Source: Spirochaetia bacterium
Lineage (GTDB): Bacteria; Spirochaetota; Spirochaetia; SZUA-6; Bin103
Length of the DNA stretch: 64,000 nucleotides
Reading direction: 5' to 3'
Assembly (NCBI GenBank): GCA_965203905.1
Contig: CBDBDQ010000005.1
Span: 3,328,001-3,392,000 of the forward strand
This document shows, in pieces, positions 19,136 to 28,863 of this stretch (the stretch's first letter is position 1; each line of letters opens with the position of its first letter). A model generated the notes under the pieces. The model searched no databases and was not told where the DNA came from. It worked only from the letters and a program-made list of their open reading frames with translations. The translations under genes and the position numbers were made by a program.

Positions 19136-19990
19136 ATGAGTGACATCGGGGTGCTGGTGTGGGACGAGCGCCAGCCGCGCCAGCAGGAGGCGTACGACAA
19201 TTTTCTTGGTGACGCCATCGCCGCCCACCTGCGCCCGCAGGACGGCCTCGCGGTGCGGTCGGCCGGGCTGGACGATCCCGACCAGGGTCTCTCCGACCCT
19301 GCTCTCGATGCCAGCCAGGTGCTGGTCTGGTGGGGCCACGTGCGGCATCGCGAGGTGCCCGTGGAGACCGGCAGGAGGATCCTCGACCGGATCATCGCCG
19401 GTCGTCTGTCGCTCATCGTGCTGCACTCGGCGCACTGGGCCACCCCGTTCATCGAGGCCATGGACCATCGCACCCGCGAAGAAGCGCGGCGGCTGTTTCC
19501 GGACGACGCCGACCAGCGGGTGGAACTGGAGTTCGTGCCCCCCGAGAACCGCTACCAGGCTCCCGCCGCGGACGCCGTGGCCACCCCTTCCTACCACGTG
19601 CGCAAGTTTCCCGACGGCGTGACCCGCGTTCGCGTCACGCTTCCGATCTGCTGCTTCCCGGCGTGGCGCGCCGACGGCCAGCCGAGCTTCTCGCGCACCC
19701 TGCTGCCCGAACACCCGATCGTGCAGGGTATCCCCGTGGAGTTCTCGCTCCCGCAGTCCGAGATGTACGACGAACCGCTCCACGTCCCCGCCCCGGACGA
19801 GGTGATCTTCGAGGACCGCTGGCCCACCGGCGAGTGGTTCCGCAGCGGCATGGTGTGGCGGATCGGGCGCGGCAGGGTGTTCTACTTCCGTCCCGGCCAC
19901 GAGACCTATCCGATCTACCGGCAGCCGATCCCGCTGCAGGTCATCGGCAACGCGGTGCGTTGGCTCGCCGCCGAGACCGGCTCGGGGTAG
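19136..19990 (+). CDS. ThuA-like (trehalose utilisation) domain protein
   Basis: VWDE, LVWWGH, LHSAH, EMYDEP, GEWFRSG and FYFRPGHETYP motifs. Confidence 0.88.
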   Translation: MSDIGVLVWDERQPRQQEAYDNFLGDAIAAHLRPQDGLAVRSAGLDDPDQGLSDPALDASQVLVWWGHVRHREVPVETGRRILDRIIAGRLSLIVLHSAHWATPFIEAMDHRTREEARRLFPDDADQRVELEFVPPENRYQAPAADAVATPSYHVRKFPDGVTRVRVTLPICCFPAWRADGQPSFSRTLLPEHPIVQGIPVEFSLPQSEMYDEPLHVPAPDEVIFEDRWPTGEWFRSGMVWRIGRGRVFYFRPGHETYPIYRQPIPLQVIGNAVRWLAAETGSG

Positions 19991-20029
19991 CTCTTGCGGG
20001 CGGCGCCCGCCTGCCCGCCTGGTCACTCC

Positions 20030-20058
20030 TTGACAAAGGCGGTGATTTGCTCTAGACA
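20030..20058 (+). promoter_or_regulatory. Putative sigma70 promoter of the ABC operon
   Basis: TTGACA-17 nt-TAGACA. Confidence 0.45.
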
Positions 20059-20228
20059 GGGTTCTTGCTCGCGCCTTTCGGGGTGCACTCCATGATAAAG
20101 AACAAGGGGGGACGAAATCGGTATAGCTTGCCCGGTTTAACGCAGGGCGGACTCCGTTCCCGCATTGACGTGAGTCCGCATTCGATCCGAACCAACCAAA
20201 CAAACAACATACACACAAGGAGATTTAA

Positions 20229-21935
20229 TTGTCTGTAAGACCAAAGAGTCTGTTGGTATGTTCTCTGCTGGCCGCTTTTGCGCTGGCTCTTTTCGTCGAG
20301 CCGATTCTGGCTCAGAACATGCCTCGGGAAGACACTCTGATCGTGAGAGCCGGCAACAAGTTTGCCGCGCCCGAGCTCTATAACCCGTATCTCGCCGGAC
20401 ACCAGGGCCACACTGGAAACTGGTGGATGGCAGAGAATCTGTTCTACATGAACCTCTACCAGGGCAAGATCGTGCCGTGGCTGGGGACCGAGTTCGAATA
20501 CGGCCCCAACCACGAAACCATTACGATCAAGCTGCGCGAGGGAGTCAAGTGGAACGACGGCGAAGAATTCAACGCCGACGACGTGGTCTTCACCTACAAC
20601 ATGCTGAAGGAAAACGCACCCACGTTGCGCTGGTCGGTGTGGGTTAGGGAATGGATGACCGAGGTCCGGGCAGAAGATTCCCATACCGTCTTCATCAGGC
20701 TCAAGGAGCCCCATACCAGGGCTCACTACAGCTTTCTGATCGGACTCTGGGTGCCGCCCATCGTGCCCGAGCATATCTGGTCCGAGGTAGATCCTACCAC
20801 CTTCAAGAATTTCCCCAACCCGGTGTGGACCGGCCCGTATCGGCTGCTGGATTCGAGCGCTGAGGCAGTTTCCTGGGAGCGTCGCGACGATTACTGGGCC
20901 GAGGACGTGATGGGAGAATCGCCGGGCGCGAAGTTCGTCCTCGTCACCGGGCCGGGGCCCGCCGAGAAGATGATGATCGAGCAGATCGAGCACCGCATGG
21001 ACGTCTGGTCGGGTTTCACCAAGTCGCAGTACGAGACGGTAGTCCGCCGCAATGAGAACGTCGACCTGTGGGTGGCCCTCGATCCTTGCACCAGGGCGCT
21101 GTGGTTCAACATCCAGCGGCCGCCGCTGGACCAGCGTGAAGTGCGGTGGGCGATTTCCTACGCGATCAACAAGAACAAGCTGAACTTCGCTGCCTTCGAG
21201 GGTGCCACGGAGACTACCAAGTTGCCCTATCCGTACTACGGCACCATCACTCCTTACCTCGAAGAGTGGAAGGATATTCTTGAGAAGTACGACACTGAGT
21301 TGTACGACCCGAAGAAGGCGGTGGAAATCCTGGAAGGTCTGGACTTCGAGAAGGGCCGGGACGGTATCTACGTTACCGCGGATGGAACCCGTCTGTCCTG
21401 GGTCATCATATCGCCGCCGTGGTCCGGTCACCGTGAGATGGCGCAGAGCATCAGTGAGGATCTCAAGGCGATCGGCATCGATGCGTCGTGGAAGGTTCTG
21501 GAAGCTGCCCCACATGGTGAAGCCTGGAGACGCAACGATTATGATATGAACGTAGCGTGGGCTTGTGCGGAGGGTCTGGGTCACGCCTGGGATCCGTACG
21601 CATGGCTGGAGGGATTCCATAGCCGGTATGCGATGCCGGAAGGCGAATCGGCCGACCAGAACCGGATTCGGTACTCGGATCCCGAGTACGACCGGCTTCT
21701 GGACGAACTCACCGGGCTGCTGCCGGACGATCCTCGCGCCCAGGAGGTTCTCAAGCAGGCCCAGGAGATCTACCTGCGGGACCTGCCGGTCATCGGCACC
21801 CTGCAAACCGTGTTTTCCAATACCTTCGACACCCTGTACTGGAAGGGCTTCCCGAGTGCGCAGGATCCCTACATGACGCCGAACCACTGGTGGCCTCATT
21901 TCCTCTTCACTCTGCTGAACGTCGAGCCGCAATAG
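20229..21935 (+). CDS. ABC transporter substrate-binding protein, family 5
   Basis: Signal peptide; KLREGVKWNDGEEFNADDVVFT, GTGPY-like WTGPY and VRWAISYAIN motifs. Confidence 0.92.
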   Translation: MSVRPKSLLVCSLLAAFALALFVEPILAQNMPREDTLIVRAGNKFAAPELYNPYLAGHQGHTGNWWMAENLFYMNLYQGKIVPWLGTEFEYGPNHETITIKLREGVKWNDGEEFNADDVVFTYNMLKENAPTLRWSVWVREWMTEVRAEDSHTVFIRLKEPHTRAHYSFLIGLWVPPIVPEHIWSEVDPTTFKNFPNPVWTGPYRLLDSSAEAVSWERRDDYWAEDVMGESPGAKFVLVTGPGPAEKMMIEQIEHRMDVWSGFTKSQYETVVRRNENVDLWVALDPCTRALWFNIQRPPLDQREVRWAISYAINKNKLNFAAFEGATETTKLPYPYYGTITPYLEEWKDILEKYDTELYDPKKAVEILEGLDFEKGRDGIYVTADGTRLSWVIISPPWSGHREMAQSISEDLKAIGIDASWKVLEAAPHGEAWRRNDYDMNVAWACAEGLGHAWDPYAWLEGFHSRYAMPEGESADQNRIRYSDPEYDRLLDELTGLLPDDPRAQEVLKQAQEIYLRDLPVIGTLQTVFSNTFDTLYWKGFPSAQDPYMTPNHWWPHFLFTLLNVEPQ

Positions 21936-22032
21936 CTCGCTCAGTTCGCAAGGTACATTCTATTCATTCCTCCTCTCCCACCGGGCTATCCTTTGGGAGA
22001 GGGGGAATCCCGGCTACGCGAAAGGAGCAATA

Positions 22033-23040
22033 ATGCACGCTATTGCTGTATATATAGGGAGGAGGTTGATAGCGTATCTATTAACGATATTTGTCGCGAT
22101 AAGCGCGAACTTCTTCATTCCCCGACTGATTCCCGGAGACCCCATATCCGCTCTCATCGACCAGATGGCGCAACACGGCCAAGTAGTCTCCGGAGGGGCC
22201 GAAATCGTCGCGGCGTACAAAGAGCAGTTTGGCTTGAACGGAACGTGGCTTGAACAATATGGACGCTACCTTTGGAGTCTGTTACAGGGAGATCTGGGGC
22301 CATCGATCATGGCGTTTCCCACGACCGTGCAAGAACTGCTGGTTACCGCTCTGCCGTGGACCATGGGACTCCTCCTGGTTGCCACCGTAATCAGTTGGAT
22401 TCTGGGCAATCTCCTTGGCGCGATCGTCGGCTGGCGCCGGGAGTCGAAGGCAAACTCGGTGATTGTCGTGTTGAGTCTCGGGCTTAATCAGATCCCCTAC
22501 TACTTCGTAGCCTTGCTCCTGGTATTCTTTTTCTCTTATAATCTGTCGGTCTTTCCATCCTCCGGCGGGTTCACCCTGATTGGCGGGACTCCCGAAGGCA
22601 TCCGGCTGGTGTGGGATATCATTTACCACGCGACTCTGCCTGCGTTGTCGATCGTGATTTCTTCAGTGGGTTTTTGGGTGATCACCATGAGGTCGATGAT
22701 ATTGACCACCTTGGGCGAAGACTACATTCTGCTGGCCGAGGCAAAGGGGCTGACAAGACAGGTCATTCTGATGAAGTACGCGCTCAGAAACGCCCTTCTG
22801 CCACAGGTTGCGGCGTTCGGGATAGTGCTCGGGTTTGCCATGAACGGCTCCATTCTGACGGAAACGATCTTCAATTACCCAGGCCTTGGTGCGCTGCTGA
22901 TATCGGCGATCGGAAACCTCGATTACAACCTCTTGCAGGGTATCCTGTTGTTGACGATCTTCTCCGTTCTGACCGCTAACCTGGTGCTCGAGATTCTCTA
23001 TCCGATTATCGATCCGCGCATCAGTCATGGAGGCGATTGA
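22033..23040 (+). CDS. ABC permease (OppB/DppB-like)
   Basis: PRLIPGDP, EAA loop EDYILLAEAKGL, IDPRI. Confidence 0.92.
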   Translation: MHAIAVYIGRRLIAYLLTIFVAISANFFIPRLIPGDPISALIDQMAQHGQVVSGGAEIVAAYKEQFGLNGTWLEQYGRYLWSLLQGDLGPSIMAFPTTVQELLVTALPWTMGLLLVATVISWILGNLLGAIVGWRRESKANSVIVVLSLGLNQIPYYFVALLLVFFFSYNLSVFPSSGGFTLIGGTPEGIRLVWDIIYHATLPALSIVISSVGFWVITMRSMILTTLGEDYILLAEAKGLTRQVILMKYALRNALLPQVAAFGIVLGFAMNGSILTETIFNYPGLGALLISAIGNLDYNLLQGILLLTIFSVLTANLVLEILYPIIDPRISHGGD

Positions 23041-23924
23041 TCGAGATGGTTGCCATCGCTGCTTCCTTCAAGGACACCATCAACTTTCTGTTTCGCAGGA
23101 ACTCGAAGCTCACGGCCGGTTTCAGCATCATCTTCGCGCTGGTGCTGGTGGCCGCGCTGGCCGATGTCCTGGCGCCCTACGATGTGGCGTCGATCGGACT
23201 GCATCCACCCGACCTGCCGCCCTCGTTCAGCAATCTGCTGGGCACGGAAACCCTGGGGCGGGACGTGTTCGACCAGTTGGTGCACGCCGTACGGCAGTCG
23301 CTGATCATCGGATTCTTCACCGGCCTGGTCGGGCTGGTGGTGGGCCTGACGGTGGGGGTGTTCAGTGGCTATCGGGGCGGGCTGGTGGACGATTCCCTGC
23401 GCAGCATCACCGATGTGTTCCTGGTAATTCCGACGATTCCCTTGCTCGTGGTGCTCTCCTCCTACGTGAGGTTTCTAACGATCCCCGCCCTGGTGTTGAT
23501 CCTCGCGGTGTTCGCCTGGCCGTTCCCGGCGCGCACCTTCAGGTCGCAGGTCCTGAGTCTGAGGAAGCGGGAGTTCATCAACCTGGCCAAGCTTTCCGGG
23601 ATGAGCGACATCAAGATCGTGTTTCGCGAGATCCTGCCCAACATGCTGCCGTACGTGGGAACGACTTTCGCCAACGCGGTTTCCGGGGCGATCCTGGCGG
23701 AGGTATTCCTGGAGATTCTGGGGCTGGGGCCGCAGAACACCACCACGCTGGGCGTCATGGTGTACTGGGCGATGTGGCGCGGGGCCCTGATCCGCGGCAT
23801 ACTCTGGTGGGTGTTGCCGCCGATGATCGTCCTGGTGCTGATCTTCATCGGCCTCCAGTTGATAAATATCGGTCTCGATGAGGTTTACAACCCCCGAGTT
23901 CGGAAGGGGGGAACGCCGGCATGA
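23037..23924 (+). CDS. ABC permease (OppC/DppC-like)
   Basis: LLGTETLGRD, REFINLAKLSG, ILPN. Confidence 0.92.
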   Translation: MIEMVAIAASFKDTINFLFRRNSKLTAGFSIIFALVLVAALADVLAPYDVASIGLHPPDLPPSFSNLLGTETLGRDVFDQLVHAVRQSLIIGFFTGLVGLVVGLTVGVFSGYRGGLVDDSLRSITDVFLVIPTIPLLVVLSSYVRFLTIPALVLILAVFAWPFPARTFRSQVLSLRKREFINLAKLSGMSDIKIVFREILPNMLPYVGTTFANAVSGAILAEVFLEILGLGPQNTTTLGVMVYWAMWRGALIRGILWWVLPPMIVLVLIFIGLQLINIGLDEVYNPRVRKGGTPA

Positions 23925-24880
23925 GCGAACATGCGCTCAAGGTCGAGGACCTCAAGGTGTACTACTGGACGGCTCGCGGACCGATAAAAGCGGTGGACGG
24001 GATCGACCTGGAGGTCAGGAAAGGCGAGCGCTTCGGCATCGTGGGCGAGTCGGGCTGCGGCAAGTCGACGACGGCGATGTCGCTGCTGCGGCTGATCAAG
24101 CCGCCCGGTTCGATCGAGAACGGACGCATCGTCCTGGACGGCGCCGACATCCTGGAGCTGAATGACGAGGAGATGAGATCCGTGCGCTGGAGCCGGATCT
24201 CGTTGATTCCCCAGGGCTCGATGAACTCGCTGAACCCGGTGATCAAGATCGGCAGTCAGATCGCGGACGCGGTCGTTGCCCACGAGGGCTCCGGGGGACG
24301 CGCCGAGGCAAAGGCCAGGATCATCGAGCTCTTGGGCATGGTCGGCCTGCCGGCGCGGGTCTACGGCATGTACCCCCATGAGCTGTCGGGTGGCATGAAG
24401 CAGCGCGTCTGCATCGCCATGGCGATCGTGCTCCAGCCGCAGGTGATCATCGCCGACGAGCCCACCAGCGCTCTCGACGTCGTGGTGCAGCGCGTGGTCA
24501 CCCAGACCCTCATCAAGGTGCAGGAGCGCCTGGGTGCAGCGCTGATCATCATCGGGCACGATATGGGGCTGCTGGCGCAGCTCGTGGACCGCCTGGCCGT
24601 CATGTATGCCGGCAAGGTCGCCGAGGTAAGTCCGGCCGAGGACATCTACAAGGATCCCCTCCATCCCTATACCCAGCTCCTCATCGGCTCGATACCGTCG
24701 GTCAAGGAGAAGAAGAGACTGGAGGGGATACCGGGCCTTCCGCCCGCCCTGCTGGAGCCCCCTTCGGGGTGCATCTTTCATCCGCGTTGCCCGCACGCGA
24801 CGGAGCAATGCAGCAGGGAAGTGCCGGAGTACCGCGAGGTCAGGCCGGGCCGCATGGTGGCCTGTCACCTGTTCAATTGA
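23921..24880 (+). CDS. ABC ATP-binding protein (OppD-like)
   Basis: GESGCGKST, YPHELSGGMKQR and C-terminal GCIFHPRC..C..C. Confidence 0.95.
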   Translation: MSEHALKVEDLKVYYWTARGPIKAVDGIDLEVRKGERFGIVGESGCGKSTTAMSLLRLIKPPGSIENGRIVLDGADILELNDEEMRSVRWSRISLIPQGSMNSLNPVIKIGSQIADAVVAHEGSGGRAEAKARIIELLGMVGLPARVYGMYPHELSGGMKQRVCIAMAIVLQPQVIIADEPTSALDVVVQRVVTQTLIKVQERLGAALIIIGHDMGLLAQLVDRLAVMYAGKVAEVSPAEDIYKDPLHPYTQLLIGSIPSVKEKKRLEGIPGLPPALLEPPSGCIFHPRCPHATEQCSREVPEYREVRPGRMVACHLFN

Positions 24881-24884
24881 TGAT

Positions 24885-25859
24885 ATGCAGAACCGATTGC
24901 TCGAAGTAAAGAACCTGACCAAGGTGTTCGGCCACGGCATCGGGCGCGGCCACGAAACCATCGCGCTGCAGGACTTCTCGCTCACCCTGTACGACGACCA
25001 GCCGAAGATAACGGCGATCGCCGGCGAGTCGGGCAGCGGCAAGACCACGCTCGCCCGGCTGATCCTCGACTTCATCAAGCCGACCTCGGGGGAGATCCTC
25101 TGGCGCGGCCGCAACCTCCACAAGATGTCGAAAAAGGAGCTGATGTCGTACCGCCACGAGTGCCAGGCCGTGTTCCAGGATCCGTACGCCGCGTTCAACC
25201 CGTTCTACCGGGTCGATCACATATTCCACATGGCGATAACCGAGTTCAGGCTGGCGCGCAGCAAGGCCGAAGCTGGCCGGATCGTGGATGATGCACTCGA
25301 AGTGGTAGGCTTGAGCCCGCAGGAAATCCTGGGAAAATACCCGCACCAGCTCTCCGGCGGGCAGAGACAGCGGCTCATCGTTGCGCGGGCCTTCCTGCTC
25401 AAGCCGCGGCTGATCGTGGCCGACGAGCCGGTGTCGATGATCGATGCCTCACTGCGAGCCATGATCCTCGACATCATGCTCAAGCTGAAGGACGAGTTCG
25501 GGATCAGCTTTCTCTACATTACCCACGATCTCTCCACCGCCTACCAGATCAGCGACCGGATCTTCATCCTGTATGAGGGATCGGTCTCCGAGACCGGCGA
25601 TGCCACCGGGGTGATCAGCAACCCGCAGCACCCCTACACCCAGCTTCTCATCGGCTCGGTCCCCACCCCCGACCCCACCCGCAAGTGGGAGGAGGACATC
25701 GAGGTGTCGGCGGACGAAGAGTTGGGCAAGGGGGACAAGGCGGGGTGCAGGTTCTACCGCCGCTGTCCCCATGCGATGGAGGAGTGTCACCGGAGCCGGC
25801 CGCAGCTCTACGAAGTCGGAGAAGACGGCCACTACGCCTCGTGCTACCTGTACAAGTAG
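24885..25859 (+). CDS. ABC ATP-binding protein (OppF-like)
   Basis: GESGSGKT, YPHQLSGGQRQR, HPYTQ. Confidence 0.95.
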   Translation: MQNRLLEVKNLTKVFGHGIGRGHETIALQDFSLTLYDDQPKITAIAGESGSGKTTLARLILDFIKPTSGEILWRGRNLHKMSKKELMSYRHECQAVFQDPYAAFNPFYRVDHIFHMAITEFRLARSKAEAGRIVDDALEVVGLSPQEILGKYPHQLSGGQRQRLIVARAFLLKPRLIVADEPVSMIDASLRAMILDIMLKLKDEFGISFLYITHDLSTAYQISDRIFILYEGSVSETGDATGVISNPQHPYTQLLIGSVPTPDPTRKWEEDIEVSADEELGKGDKAGCRFYRRCPHAMEECHRSRPQLYEVGEDGHYASCYLYK

Positions 25860-25861
25860 GG

Positions 25862-26671
25862 TCAGAAGATCTGGCTGATCGGCCGACCTTCCCAGTCCTC
25901 CGCCAACGGTAGTTCCAGTACCCGGGCCAGCGTCGGCGCGGTGTCGAAGATGCGTACCGGGCCGCTGATCTCACCCGGGTGGCCGATGTTCGGACCGGCC
26001 GCGATCCACGGAATCGTCAGGTCTTCCGGCAGGTCGGTGCCGTGGGTCTTGCCGTGGCCGCCGTGGTCGCTCTGGACCAGGATGAAGTAGCGGTCCAGGA
26101 GGTCCGCCGCGTCGAGTTGCTGCAGCAGGATTCCGATCGCCCGATCGGCGATCCCGATCTGTTGGATGTACTCCGTGGACATCCAACCGTGGCGATGGCC
26201 GGCGATGTCCACCACGCCCAGGTAGACGAAGCAGAAATCGGGTTGCTCGGCGGTCAGGTGCCGGGCCGCAACCCGAGCTATGGCCAGGTCTCCCTCCGGG
26301 TCTTCGCAGTTGGCCGTGAAGTAGGAGAAATCGAGAGAACCGGGCGCTGCCAGATCGCGCAACTGCTCCCAGTTGTAGATGAACGCCGTTTTACGGTTCA
26401 TCGCGTGGGCAGTCTCGACGATGCTCGGCACCGGGCGCACCATGGGCACCCAGGTGTTGGTGGTGATGCCGTGGCGCTCCGGCGTCACGCCGCGAAACAT
26501 CGAGGTGTGGCAGGGCAGGGTGGAGGATGGAACCACGCTCTGCGCCGCGAAGGTGTAAGCTCCACGGGCGATCAGGGTATCGATGTTGGGGGTGGCCGCC
26601 TGTTGGATACCGTCCGGACGGCAGCCGTCGATGACCACGAGAATCGCGCCGCAGCCGGGTGAATCGTGCAT
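25862..26671 (-). CDS. Alkaline phosphatase/nucleotide pyrophosphatase superfamily protein
   Basis: IDGCRPD, PSSTLPCHTS, D.AGH..GW and SDHGG motifs. Confidence 0.85.
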   Translation of the reverse strand: MHDSPGCGAILVVIDGCRPDGIQQAATPNIDTLIARGAYTFAAQSVVPSSTLPCHTSMFRGVTPERHGITTNTWVPMVRPVPSIVETAHAMNRKTAFIYNWEQLRDLAAPGSLDFSYFTANCEDPEGDLAIARVAARHLTAEQPDFCFVYLGVVDIAGHRHGWMSTEYIQQIGIADRAIGILLQQLDAADLLDRYFILVQSDHGGHGKTHGTDLPEDLTIPWIAAGPNIGHPGEISGPVRIFDTAPTLARVLELPLAEDWEGRPISQIF

Positions 26672-26720
26672 CGTATAACTTTATCATAGCACGGTACCGA
26701 AGATCCTGGTGGAGGGAACG

Positions 26721-27737
26721 ATGGCAAGAGTAAGAATGGCGCAATATGGCACCAAGCACGGACACGCTGCCGGCAAGTTGCAGGCGATGCAGGTGAACGA
26801 CGACGTCGAGATCGCGGGCGTTTTCGAACCTGACCTGCAACAGCGCGCCGCCCTTGAACAGGCGGGCGGTGTCTTTGCCGGCATTCACTGGTTCGATGAC
26901 AAGCGCGAGATGCTGGAGGACGCGAGCATCGTGGCGATTGCCTCCGAGGGGCTCAACGCGGAGAGCCTCGACCAGACCGAGGAGATCGTCGCCGCCGGCA
27001 AGCATGTCTGGTACGACAAGCCTGCCGGTGATGACTGGGCGCAGTGGCAACGGGTCGTCGCCGCCGCGGAGCAGAAGAGCCTGCTCATTCAGATGGGATA
27101 CATGCTGCGCTACCACTCCGCATTCAGACAGGTTGCAAGCTGGGCCCGGTCCGGCTTCCTGGGTGATGTGTTCGCCGTGCGTGCCCACATGTCCACGTTC
27201 GTGGACGCGGACGGCAGGGCTCGGGTCGGCGACTCCCATCGGGGCGGCATCTTCTTCGATCTTGGAGGTCACATGCTGGACCAGGTCCTCTGGATACTGG
27301 GCCGTCCGCTGAGGGTGACCTCGTTTCTCAGGAACGACTCCGGGTCGGCGGCGGCGTTTCGGGACAACACCCTGGGGGTGTTCGAGTTCGATCGTGCGCT
27401 GGCCATCGTCGATATCGCCGCCCTGGAGACGCGCCCGCCAGCACGCCGTTTCGAGGTGTACGGCAGCCGCGGCAGTGCCATCATCGTCGAGCCGTTCGAG
27501 CCCGGTCTGCAGATCCGGCTGTGCCTGGCGGAAGCGAAGGACGGCTACCGGCAAGGCGAGCAGATCGTGAAGATAGACGGCGAGAGCAGGCAAAGAACCT
27601 ACGAATTGGAGCTGGATGCGTTCCTGGCGACCATCGAGGGCAAGCAGCCACGGGATCGCCCCGTGTCACATGAGCTGCTGGTACAGGAGACCTTGCTGCG
27701 CGCGACCGGCGCGATTGCGGGTACGCCGAGTGCCTGA
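26721..27737 (+). CDS. Gfo/Idh/MocA oxidoreductase
   Basis: GKHVWYDKP, GYMLRY and GG..FDLGGHMLD motifs. Confidence 0.88.
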   Translation: MARVRMAQYGTKHGHAAGKLQAMQVNDDVEIAGVFEPDLQQRAALEQAGGVFAGIHWFDDKREMLEDASIVAIASEGLNAESLDQTEEIVAAGKHVWYDKPAGDDWAQWQRVVAAAEQKSLLIQMGYMLRYHSAFRQVASWARSGFLGDVFAVRAHMSTFVDADGRARVGDSHRGGIFFDLGGHMLDQVLWILGRPLRVTSFLRNDSGSAAAFRDNTLGVFEFDRALAIVDIAALETRPPARRFEVYGSRGSAIIVEPFEPGLQIRLCLAEAKDGYRQGEQIVKIDGESRQRTYELELDAFLATIEGKQPRDRPVSHELLVQETLLRATGAIAGTPSA

Positions 27738-28841
27738 ACTGCCGGTATTTCGCCGTCACACGATTTACCGGGGACCTCCCGCCGAACGCATGTCGTGCAT
27801 CGTCGGCGACCTGGATGGCGACGGCGTGTCCGAGTTCATCATCTCCACCCGCCATCCGGATCAGCTCCACTGGTTCGGGAGAACCAGCGGCGGCGCCTGG
27901 CAGCCGCACCTGATCGATGACACCTTTCCGAGCATCAGCGTCGGCGGCGCACTGGTCGATCTCACCGGCAATGGCCGGCTCGACCTCATCGCCGCCACCA
28001 GCGATCGCGGCAGTTGCGTCTACTGGTGGGAATGCCCGGCAGATCCGGCGCAACGGTGGGTGCGCCGCGACGCGTTTCCGCTGCCGGCGAACCGAACCCA
28101 TGACCTGCTGCTAACGGACATCGATGGCGATGGACGGCAGGAGCTGTACGTCTGGAATCAGGATGCCGAAACGCTCTTCTCGGTGCCGCTGCCCGACGAT
28201 CCGTACCTCACCCCGTGGCCCGGCGTCCGGCCCGTCGTCACCGGCGTGGACGAGCAGGGATTGGCGGCCGCGGATGTCGACGGAGACGGCAGGCTGGAGC
28301 TCATTGCCGGGTCCTCCTGGTATCGCCTGCTGCCGAACGGCGAGTGGGAGCGACACGTCTACACCCGGGATTACGGCGGCGTGCGGGTCGTCGCCGCCGA
28401 CTTCGACGGTGACGGGCGCCCCGAGATAGCCCTGTCGAGGTGGCCCTGGATGTCGGGCGGACCTACGGTCGCCTGGCGCTGCTCAGACCGGGGGCGGACG
28501 TCGAGCACCTGTGGGAAGCGGAGGTGTTGCACGAGCGGCTGGTCGACGCGCACTCGCTGCAGGTGGCCGACTTCGACGGTGACGGGCGCCCGGATCTCTA
28601 CGTGGGCGAGATGGGGCGGGGAGATTGGACCGTGCCGCACCCTCCCGCCCAGCGGCTGTTTCTGAGCCGTGGGGACCGCATGGAGGAGCTCGTCATCGAC
28701 TCGGGAGTCGGCACCCACGAGGCGCAGGCCATCGAGCTGGACGGGCGCGTCGGAATCGTGAGCAAACCGTACCGGGCGTTGCAGGACAGCGGTCCGCGCC
28801 CCAAGGGAGTCGACTCCCTCTACCTGTACCTGCCGGATTGA
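27730..28841 (+). pseudogene. FG-GAP/VCBS repeat protein with a single-base frameshift near 28437
   Basis: Repeated D.DGDG..D/E motifs continue across two frames. Adding one G restores EIALSEVALDVGR. Could be an assembly error. Confidence 0.7.
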
Positions 28842-28863
28842 ACTTCCTGTCGATGCGCCGCTG

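Noticed and set aside
28396-28592. Exact ~26-bp repeat GCCGACTTCGACGGTGACGGGCGCCC
   Set aside because: Encodes two FG-GAP repeats within one protein.
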